Assembly (NCBI GenBank): GCA_977030845.1
Contig: OZ365115.1
Span: forward strand, 30,628,001 to 30,692,000
Source of the DNA: Fimbriosthenelais zetlandica
Lineage: Eukaryota
Reading direction: 5' to 3'
DNA: 64,000 nt
Shown: positions 12,301-24,300 of the stretch, piece by piece
Layout: each line of letters opens with the position of its first letter
Position numbering within the stretch: position 1 is the first letter of the stretch
Program-made: the position numbers and the translations under genes
Notes under the pieces: generated by a model
Databases searched by the model: none
What the model saw: the letters and a program-made list of their open reading frames with translations, nothing else
What the model was told of the DNA's origin: nothing

Positions 12301-15300
12301 CTATTATGGCCCCCTGGAGAGGAGGCTGTGAACCTCAGGGGTCTCATGATATTTAGCTCCGTGTCTCCCCCTAGCGGATCCCCTTTCAGAACGAATAATT
12401 ATGACGTATAATATTACGGAATTACTGTATAGAATTACGAACACTTGTTGATTTTGTAACGTGCCTAAATACAATGTTTGAGAGAGAATATAGAAAATAG
12501 ACATAATTTAACCACACTGCTTCTACCACCTAATATTTATTACAACCTCGAAGATTATATGAGGACTTGAAGTTGGAGAATATTGCTTTTGTCATTGTTA
12601 TTTAACATTACCTAACGAATTCTTTGTTGGATAACAAGAAATGTTAAAGAAAAAAGGTAAATAATAATGTGCATGTAGATGCTTATATAACTGCTTGCAC
12701 ACCAATGTTACATACTGCTTTCACGCGAAATGTTCACCAAGCCCTCATCTTTAAAAGAAATATTTTCAAATCTTCTCATCCCTATGCGTCTTGATTAAGG
12801 CAGGAGGATTAGTGTTAATTAATCCTCGTTAATTTACTGATCCCTCGTTAGGGACGGCGCATGCATATCCCACTATAACATCCTTGGCTTAGGGTCTTAG
12901 TTTATCGCTTACCTATTGTTTGGGTGCGGAAGGCCGACACTTCAAAGTGGCTTTCCCGTTAAGTCGACCTAATCCCCAGTGTACATTAATAGTACCTAGT
13001 AGCTAATTGACCCAGATATGAGCCGTAATTTCTATAGATATAATATAAATATTATCACTCTGTTTTCACTGACCACCTTTGAAGCGCATTTCAGCTTAAA
13101 ATATGCTTTTTACAAAATGCTTAATTTATGACTCGTCAACAATAATAACATGAATTCTGTACACTCGAATATATATTAAAATGTCTCAACCTCGTGAATG
13201 AATATGAACACTTTTGAATTAAAAACACATATTATAGGTTAACTTACCTGGAAAAATGCGGGCATGTCGCAGCGTTGGTCATCGATTCTACTCCCTTGTA
13301 CTCTCTCAAGCATCTCAAAAAGATCAGCAGTCTGAAAAAATAATAACACAATGTTAACATATACTCTAAATATCATTAATCCTTTCGAATGGTAATGTCA
13401 TCCTGTGAATCAACAACATGGACCAGCTTCCTGTCAGTAAAACCTGTCTGTAAAAACCTATAAACTCCGGTAAGGTGCCAAAAAGAAAGTGGAAGTGTCA
13501 GGGGGAAACTTATTGAGTCTGAGACTTTCATTTTCACTAATCTAATACTGAGTGGATGGAAATAATGTTCAAGATTAACATAGAGTACTAGTATAGGACT
13601 TTTCTGTGCCTTGCCATAAAATATAAGTTATTTACATTTTCATCAGTAAGCGTGCAATACTGCGTAACAGGGGGTACTATTCGGTCCTTCATCCTGAATC
13701 TTTACCCAACAAGGGGTTCTAATAATCCAAATTATAATCCAACAACTGATGATAATAATCCTAGATGATGAGGGTAATCCTATATAAGTTAATGTCAATC
13801 CTGTCACTGATGGTACATTAGTTGTCCTTGCTGTATTGATGTGAAATGATGGTATAAATCCCTTGAGGGGTGGTTAATGGGTTACTATACATATCCTTCT
13901 CATGTCCACACTATAACCCTCCAGGTATCCCGACTAGACTGCCAGGTACAAACCCCCATGAATACACACCATGCTACCCTAGACAAGGGGTGGTCAGAAA
14001 GCTCCAAAACAATAAGCCCCCCTCCCACCTACTGTACAGCAAAGCCACCCGCTCCCACCTACACCCCCACCCGTCTACTTCGGGGAGGGTGGGTGGGAGG
14101 GTGCTTGGCTGGCTTATTGTTTTACTACCAGACCAAAATGGGGGCTGGGGGTTGATTGTTAGCATAGCTAGTTTTTACCAAGTTTTGAAACATGTTTGGA
14201 CAAGGCTAATAAAAGAGTATACATAGAGAACCGAAGAAGCGCCAGACGATTGACCTAACCCTGTCTTTAATCATGAAACCCCGTTACCAACAACTCATTA
14301 TCCCTTAGTAATTAACTACTTTTGATATACCACATGTATTGTCTATACATTAATTAACCCAAATAAACTATAACAATATTTATGTGTGTACTATATGGAC
14401 AATGCCACGGTAAAAATAAAATAATATCAAACCATAAGAGATCTTTTCCATACGAGAACAAAAATACTAGCTTCAGTTCAGGGAATTCATAAAATTTATG
14501 GGCAACATTAGCAAAGATACCCCATCCACCTTTTAACATTGACCCCCGCCCCCGCCCCCTCCCACCCACACCCCGCGGCCCTTATCCACACCTCTATACC
14601 CACACGACACCTGTGTATTGAGTGGAGGGTGTCTAACTGACCAGTACAATGCCCATCACTGACCACTCATTGTCTATGTCTGCATTCATTACGGACCGAC
14701 TCGCCTTCATGGCAGACAACACATAATGGCTTCACATAACTGAGGGTCTTCTTGAAGGAGAGAACCCGAGGTTGAAAACAATAACCAGTCTCGTGCTAGC
14801 TTCTTGTCATGTCTTTGTCCCCGAGCTTACACATTATTGTTTTGTGCAAAATATGTTTGTGCAACATGTTCCCATACGGGTCTTAGAATGAAGTGATTAA
14901 TTAAATAATGTATATTATTATTATTTGTTAGCATCAAACCATATCAAGGATAACTACATGAAAGGGCTAATTTTGAATGGTTGAAAGTACAAAGCGATAT
15001 GGGGTGGGGCAGAAAGAAGCACACTAATGGGAGATAAAAAAATAAAAGTAATATTTTCCTGGTCTTGGAACATTAGTTAACTTTGAAAAAAAAATCTAAA
15101 CTAAGGTTGAACTTATGAGTTGTCATTGCATTTTGCATTTTGCTTTATTTGATACATCTGATGTATGTGCAGACCTATATATTAGATGTCTAGGAGAAGA
15201 TCCAAGGCCAGGAGAGCCCAGCATCATAGTAATAAGAGCATTTTGTACGTTCATGTTTTCTGAACGATATTGAACCAAAATGCAAGGAAACAAGCTTCAA

Positions 15301-18300
15301 CTTAACAGTAACTCTTTTGTTGGAGGCGTTTAGAACGTCCGTTGGGTCATTACTAGACTGTTTAATTACAGGACATGCGCATTGTCTCTGATGGGAATAG
15401 GAAGCTCCTACTTGACATGCGCCGGGGAGCCTTCCGATAGCCTCGTTCCTAGAAGGAGAGGTGTCAAATACCTCTTGTCAGTATACTGACATATCCTTTA
15501 TAAGCCACCCACATTTCTTGTGACACCTCTGTGCTAACTTCCGGAGGAACATTTGCACATGCGTTCAGTGTCATGAACTGTTCTAAGCACACGAGATTCA
15601 ATAACTATTCAGATGGTTTTTGCTAGCAACCATAAGTTCCAATTACCACTAAATTACAGCTCATTTTTTGAAGTCATTGGGGATCTCATTAAAACATGTT
15701 CAGCTTGCCTCAATGCGTTTACCCTGGGGGTCGCATTAAACATTAAAACATTCTCCTATTCGCCCATCCAACTTTTTCTTTTCTGACTTTCCAACTCTTT
15801 TCTCTGACGGTGCAATGGGACTGCAGGCATTAGGTCACAAAATAATAGGGCTCCTTTTGCACTCAGGTCAGAAGAAATTTAGTTAATTTTACCCGAAGGG
15901 TTTCTGTTTTTTGTCAAATTTATTTCCATGACAACCACTTTTTGGGATACTGCCTTCCCTGATGATAGATACTTTTTTCACGGCTTATTTAATATGACAG
16001 GTTAATGGGGAATATATAAACATGTCATTTCATCGGTGTTGACAGTATATACGAGAAGCAAGCTAACCTTGAACATGTCATATTTTCACCATACAAGAGA
16101 AAAACCCTGCAAGCAAGATCATATTTCGGAGGAAATAGCTATAGCATTTCAAACCTTCAACACTTCCTCAAAACGTAAAATCATGACTCGAACTATGTTA
16201 TTTCCTTTTTTCCTTGTTTGCTTTATGGCTGGGCTGCGGTTTCTCTAACAAAAATAAAGGGTCCTTTTATCCATCACAGACTCGCTCAAAAGTAAGCAAC
16301 ATCTGAAGGGAGGATAATCCTTTGTTTTCTCGGACTACCGTTAGAAATTAAATTCCTGCCTCATTAATTATCAAAGCAGGAATATTAAGGCCTATGTATA
16401 ATTATGGGGGTCTTGGTTTTGATAAAATGGAAGACTTGTTGACCTCGTGTCCCACTGGTCAAACATTCTAAAATTAATTTACACATTAACCACGTATGTG
16501 TAGTTTCCATGGCAACGTCAGAAGCAGCAGTCACGTAGAGCCTGCAGCTAGATGCTGGAGGGGGCGCCACAGGCTGCCACGCCCCCACACGGCACGAACG
16601 GACACTATAAGGTCAGAATGTAAAGCGGGTTCGTGATCTATTTCAGCCGCCCAGTGGTGCACTCTTTTTCGACGACTCCAGACAACTCAATAAATGACAT
16701 ATTCTTCTGTATTTCTTCAATTGTATACTTTTTTGGGGCATAAGCACGCATGTACATGTATTTATATTATCTAGCTTCACCTGGATATAGATAGGTTCAC
16801 ATCCTTTCCCACCACCAGAAGACTCCATATAACAGCTGGCATCTCTGGCCAGTGGTGCAGTTTGGAATTTTAAAATACAGAAAGAATTCATTTTGCTCAC
16901 TGTCTCCCCATCGCTTACACTGGCTATAGTCACGATATTGAGAATTTCATGTATTTCTGGTATGTATTTCTAGTGAAATGTCCAAATACAGAAGTGAGTA
17001 GAGTTTGGAAGAAGGCTATTACATTTTTAGAATGTCGCTGTGATCGACATACTTTGCCATGTGGTTAAGTTTTCATGCCATCCAAATAAAATTATTGTGA
17101 TTAAATTGGGACTAGAACATGGATATGATGACCATGATATGAGATAAATCAGATAAATGTGGTCATCATATTGAATGGTTTCCATGACCACGGGCGGAAT
17201 CGTTGGTAAAGTCTCACCCACGTGACACCAGACGAGACGCCGTGAGAAGCCCCAGAATGAGGCTCCAGGCGAGGTCAACGGTGGACACCACGTGATCAAA
17301 AGAGACCAATTAAAACAATGGATGACAAAATGGAAGATTTCAATAGAGGGGAAAAGGTCTAGGCCTACAGGGCTATGGGGAACAATGATATTGGACACAC
17401 CACAAAATGGAGAATGGTTCACTGTGGAAAAAGGTCTGACAGGCGCAGTCTACAGAGATGGTTCATAGGCCTAAATTGATCTCATATCATAACCCCTCAG
17501 TCTCTAATCTCTAATCCTGGTATGCAGGCCGCCTCCATTATCAAACTTCCAAATTTCATTACATTCACCTGTAAAATACCATTTAAATTCTATTAAAACA
17601 AACCTTAGAGTAAAATGAACAAAATTAATAGATTCCAAGAATTTTTAACCGTTGTTAATTTGTTGAACAGTTATCCTCCAAAAGTTCGTAGTTTTCTGTA
17701 ATTAGAACACGTTTCACAGTATTCAGGAACAAAATGGGATGACTGCCAGGGCAATTATAGCAATTGCCAAGAAAAATGAGAAACTTCTGAAGTCGAGAAT
17801 AGATGGAAAACATTGTTCTGCCAAAGTCAAGGGCAAAGGTTACTCCATACAATATACAAAGGTTCTCATGCGGACAAAAGCTCTTGAAATGATGCATTAT
17901 GCCTATAATGTTTATATCACAATAATGAACTGATATTAGATGACTTGTGCAAGTCTAAATTAGATTAATGACCTCAGGGTTAATTAGTGATGTTCAGCCA
18001 GCAGGGTAAAGCGACCCCCTCCATTCGCCTTACCTCCCGGCCAGATTGACTTACTGATAAGGAACCAAGGAGTAAAAGACTTGGCTCGATAAGATGATAA
18101 GGTTTTGATTTACTTTGTTGATACGTTGAGGGAATGAGAGAAGGGAGGGAGGGAGGCGCGATTGCCCCAGGATTGCCCCCACCCATGCATGCAGGGACGC
18201 ATCCAGGCCAGTCTGCAATGCCTTAGGCCACCACATCCTGGAGCAATTTTTGAGAAAAAATAGTTAAAATTAACCTAAGAAAAATAAATCAAAAGAATAT

Positions 18301-21300
18301 AATTATGCATGAGGCATCATTTCCTTACAGGAGTATAAATCCATTACTTCTATAGGAATAACGTCATGACATTTGTAAATGTAAATTTTTCAAGGGTAGT
18401 GTTTCTGTTAACAGCATATAATATGGACGCCATAGACCAGAATAAACATGTTGTATAGTAGGAATATTCCTCCATGCATGATTGGTATTTATGGGGAGCC
18501 CATTGTGAAGCTGCTGTCAGGTTTCTGGCATCCTGACAGACATGATTACCTGGTCTAGAGATATACACATGATCTGTTATAAATAGGAACAGTGTCTCCC
18601 AATGTAAAAAGATTACATACTCTGAGTGAGTATTATATAACCATTCTGAAAGACATTTGCCATGGAGATAGGTCCTGATTAAAAATCTGACTGTGTGACA
18701 GATATATATCAACTAAGTATTAAAATACATAATAATACTGCTGTATGTGTCAATGCAGGTGTGAACAGATCTTATGTATAGTAGGACTGGCCATGTGTGT
18801 TTTCCTCTAGACAAAGAATGACGCTCTACAGCCACTTAATGATGAATTAATTAATGGTGATGCATTAATTATAAACAGGTGGGATGATATAATGGTTAAG
18901 ATGTCACGTTAATACATATAGGACTCTCTTTATTCCCCTTCCCATTCAAAGCATCCCTATAGCCTTTGCCCGTGTTTGGTTTACATTATTTCCCTTCGTG
19001 TTTCCCCACATTTCCTTTCCCTTCTAGCCCCCAGGACTTTGGTTTACCGATGTTTCCCCAACGTTGACATTTCTGTTAAAAATTTGACATTGCTATTTCC
19101 ATTTCAATATTAACCCTTGTTATGCTCTACCCTAACTATATAGTTATATTTTCTAACTAGTATTTTTACACTATATTTTTACACTAGTTACCTAGTTATT
19201 ATTTTATTTAAAACGATTTCGAAACATTAAATTAACTAAAGGATCCCTATGTATACTTCTATAGGTATCTGGACATTCAACACCTACCTATCAATGCTGG
19301 AGGAGGCAGTGAAGAAGACTTAAAATCCAATATTTTAAATCTCGAAAATCGAGGTTTCGCAGTAAAATTGAGGAATTTATAATCCAAGGTAAACAGTTTC
19401 CACACCTTTCTTAGACAGGTGAACTTGAGAGGGGGAAGATGTGAACTATAACTGGTCCGGCATAGTAAAGCATAGTGTGTGTAGACGTGTGTGTAGCAGG
19501 TTTTAGTTGACACAGGACGTGTGTAGATGCAGCATGTGCATGCTGTTAACTATAGGGCGGGAGGAGGTGTGAGGTGTGAGGTGGTATAGACTGGTGGGAT
19601 ATAGGTATGGGACCAACCATTAAACATCATACATGGGATGGGGATGGGCCAAGTATCCATGTAAATCTCAAGGAATTTATAAGCATGATATTTATGAATA
19701 GAAATAGAGAATCATATTTAAAAATAGTGAAAATCTGAGTTTAAAAACGAAGGAAAAAAGATTAGAGTTTGTTAATTAAAAAAAATCTATTGAATAACAT
19801 TTTATTTCGACTTTCATCCAACAGGTTCGGATAAGTGTTTTGTCTTGATAAATGGGTTAAAATATTATAAAATAAGCTCCGATTGTTTAATAAATATAAA
19901 GTCAAAACTGCATGGGCCCATTTCCCTCATCCAATGGCTCGTTTATAATGCCCTTGCCAATCATTGAAAAAAAAAATCAAGTGAAAAAAGACTAGGACAT
20001 GGGAGAAAGGTATGGAAAAAGCTTGGTGGAATTGCAGGAGAAATTGGCGTGTGGTTGGTGTAACGTCTCCCTGTTAACAAGTTCTGATTGGCCCTAATGA
20101 TGAGATGTGACAGCCAGGTCAGAACGAGGCTGACTGTTTTGGACACCTGGCACCAGGTGGCGGGAGTGACCTGGAGAGCAGGAGTAGACCGTCATATACA
20201 TGACCACTCAGGAGACGGAGGAGGAAGGGATGAGGGAAGGAGAGGAAGAGGAGATGGGAAGGAGGAAAAGAAGCATGGGAAGGCAGGAAATACAGGGAAG
20301 GAAAGGTGGGAAAGAGGAAGTTAAAGAACTATAGAATAGGGTAATTAAGGTAGTGAAAGAAAGGGGGAAAGAATACTGGCTTAGAAAATACAGAACAGAT
20401 GGTTCAAGGAGGAAAAAAGAGAGGGAAAGCTAGGTGAAAACTATCCTAAATGTCAGTGATGCAACTACTCACTGTCACCTTGAATCAGTAGGGTAATATG
20501 AACAAACTTCTGAAACAATCCCCAACCATGTTCCCAAACAAGCGATCACAAACCACTAGACGGGCGTGGTAAAGATAAATAAACCCAGACACATGACAAA
20601 ATTAAACAGAAAAAGGGTAGAAAAATAGGAGTGATTGGCAGAGAGCCATGATATTTGGCAGCCAAATGGGGTGCTGTATTCCCTATAGCTGTGGTTGGGT
20701 TTATATCACAAAATACCAAACCACTCAACACTAAATTTACCCGAAGGGCCTGGACAACAGCCTGAGCTACTCCCCCGGCATGGCTGGCCTTGGATAAAAA
20801 TAAATAAATCTAAAATAAAACAAACCATGATGGATAACATGGATCGGTCTCTTTTTATAAAACTCCACATCTCTGTCCGCGGACTGCTCTTTTTTGAGAA
20901 CAGGGACAACTCTGAGGTCTTGTGGAGGGAAGGAGAGAAAGTGAGTGGAATAATTAAAGGTAATTAGGGGTTTGAAATCAGCCATAGCTGATCTAACGAC
21001 AAGGTGCATTATGGAGGTGAATTCTGAGATCAATAGATCAGTAATACAACGCTACCAGAAAGATCACTTTATATGAAACCAATGGATTTGAGGTATTTTA
21101 GAATTTTAGAATCTTTCAATACTATTGCCTTTGTATAATGCTTGGTCTCGACCGTATGCCGATATTAAACCTGTCACTGCATGTTTAAAATCAAAGAACT
21201 GAAGACAAAACTATTTAGCATGTGAGCAAAAGCTGTTTAGTATGTGAGAGGTGGACTGTAAATTATTGTTTTTACACCGCAGCTGGGTGATTATGAGCTA

Positions 21301-24300
21301 GTTTATAGAGGGTGCTCATTACAGGTATAGTGGCTCCTGCTTTATTCGGTATTGATCTATTTCATTCAAGCACTCAGTAAACACGCATCAATGGCTAGAC
21401 GATATGGCTTTCTGCATCATTAAATTAATTCATTTCAATATAAATCCTGCCGGGGGATATCTATAAATCTAATAGACAAATAACATTTCATGGTAGTTCA
21501 AAATAACAGAGAATAAATGTTCAATGGATATTCCCTGCTGGCACAAAATTCCTTTGGCTATATGTGCAAAATTACATATTGTAGTGCAATAATCATTCCG
21601 ATAGAATAACCCACTCGGAGGCTCGGTTAGGAGAGCTCTGGCCAATAAAATCCTCATGTATTTTCCTCAGCTTTACAGCTAATATTTACGACATTTTAAT
21701 GAATATATTCATGTTGCCCATCACAGTCAATTATATTGTAGTTATTATAAATTTATATACAACACCACTCATTAATAAAGAGTAATATATTGACGATCAT
21801 GTGATACTAAACTTTCATTTAAACCGTTATATATATTCTTCAAATTATAAAAAATAAATTAAAAACCTTTAAAATTCCAATATTTTCAAAGTTTAAATTT
21901 GATGTGACATGGGTGGCGTCTCAGCTGTGAAAGCAAACGTCGCTCCGGGATCATGGACGGATATAGAATTACTGTCCCTGGTTCAAACTTTTCCATGATT
22001 TTCATGTGATTACCACCTGTGTATGCACCTCGCCCACCCACCTGACCCCAGGCGTGGTCCTGGCTTGACCAAGATAACCTCTGGAAGGTCATCACTGCAG
22101 ACAAACTGACCCCCACCCCAGCTACTGCCGCCACAGGGATCACACCTGGAGAAACACACTCCTCCAGGCTGAGTGGTAGGATAAGCACTGGAGGGGTTAA
22201 TGCCAGACTCCATAATATGAGGATCAATAGGCTGATATTTGTACAAGTGGCCTGACATCTGCTCTCCCTCGATCATTGAGTGGAGGAAAAATATATGATC
22301 TGAAATAATGATTAGCCATTACGTACTCTAAAGTACATTATTGTACCCTAGAGTCAGCACAGTCGCAAACTCTAAAATGGTCAATGACAGGAGATCAATG
22401 AAAATAGCTTTGGCCAATAATGAGGAATAGATTCCTTAAAACTGATATAATTGGCTTTGAAAGTCAATTAGGAGCTGTCATGTTTGCTTCGAAAAAACTC
22501 ATGCGTAAAATGCAGTGTCAGAGACTCAACACTGTGTGGCATTTCTTTACACTGTTGACTTGGCCCATGATCAAATATAATAATGTCTGCACTCTATTTC
22601 AGCCCAGACCTCCTTGCCTGTATCCAAGTCATTATCAAATTCAACAAACATTAGCTCTAGTCGTCTGGCGATAGAATGCTAACAACATATATACCCAGAC
22701 ATTTCTATATTATAAGGCCTCGTATCTTATGCTCAAAGAGATGTTCAAAAAATATTTATTTTAACGAGAGGGCGGACTTGGTACTTAGTCGGTTGAGTGA
22801 TGATAGAAGTAAATGCAACAAGATTTATATTCCCTCTTCTCGACGTTGGAGCTAGGGACAAGTCCATCACAAAGTGGTATTTAATTTAATAATGGCTCCA
22901 TAATAAGCTAGTGATTAAAGAGCGTGAGCATCCTGTCCAGGCCTGGCCTACTTTCTAACGTCAACAAGAATGATGTAGACAATCTATATTAACATGGTTT
23001 TTTAATCACTGATCAATTAAATACCACGTGCCGTAAAGGCTATATCTACTGTAGCTACGAAAACTCGAAACTCTGAGGAAGTTTTCAAGAATAAACTGTT
23101 ATTCCAATTTTCCCATACTGTCCGGCTGTATTAAAAAAAACAACTAAGAATGCTGCTGCAAAACAATGGTTACTTTTTAAAGTGTAACAAATGTTCTTTG
23201 TGGGTGACAGGATGAACCTGTGTTGATACCAGCCCTGTATAAAGCATGTTTAGAAAGAAACTACTCGTGCAGTTTACCTGCACACACCTGTCCACCACCT
23301 CCACTTATACTATGTATTCTTGGTATTTGTACATATGGTGCAAGTGACAGAGAAAGGTAGCCATCCACCTACCTGCCAGCCTGTCTCTACAGACCAGATA
23401 CATGTCAATCACCGAGCTTCCCTCTGTGTCAGGGCTGCAGGAAACTCATCTCAAAAAACACCCACACCAAAACTTCATCCTTCCACATTTACAAGTCTTT
23501 TTATAATTTCCTAGTACCACAATTGCACCACATTTAATGGATAAACACCCACACTAGTTCATGCTATATAAACCTAAAGGGTTTTCCAAGGGAAGTAATG
23601 GGAGGATTTGGCCTGAGAAGCAGACAGGTGTCAGTGTTAGGGTTTGGTCGGTTCATCGGCCAACCCTCCCCTTGCCAATGGCTGCACATGGAGTACCTTC
23701 ACTCTTACTGGAAATGAATCATCTATCTTTTTGCTGGGCAAATGGCCATGGCCTTGGTATTTTAACATGGTAAATGAATTCCTGGCCTGGAGTATTCGTT
23801 TATCTCAGGAGGAATGGAGGGGTAACCCTGAGAATTCAGGTGTGCCCCAAGGCTCCACCTTGGCTCCCATCCCTGCATGTTCCTGCTCCATTTTACTCAT
23901 GGCCTTTCCATACTGTCTCTATCCACTCGTTCAAATCTGTTCTTTCAAATTCTACTCCTATTCTAACCATTTTATTGCCCTCCCCATCACTTTTCTGTTC
24001 TTCCTTATTCTCAAGTACCTCAATAAACCCTGGTAAACCTTGGAGTATATCTACTTCCCCCTCCAGGTCTATAAAGCCCTAGTCTGAAGTGTCTGGCGTT
24101 TTGGTTACACCACTTAGCTTGCCTTGGTTATACGAAAGATACACACGGCACACACTCACTTACCAAGTCAAAATATTATTCCCACCTTCTCCCATTCCCT
24201 CCTCGCCTTAACATCAATGTTTTTTTCTTAATACAAACCATGTCAGGGGAAATGGGTTTATGATAAATGACCCTAACTTTCAAAGTGTTTTTCCTGTTTT

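Noticed and set aside
15888-20748. Shared 13-mer TTTACCCGAAGGG at about 15888 and 20736
   Set aside because: Repeated 13-mers are expected by chance in 64 kb, and the flanks do not align.
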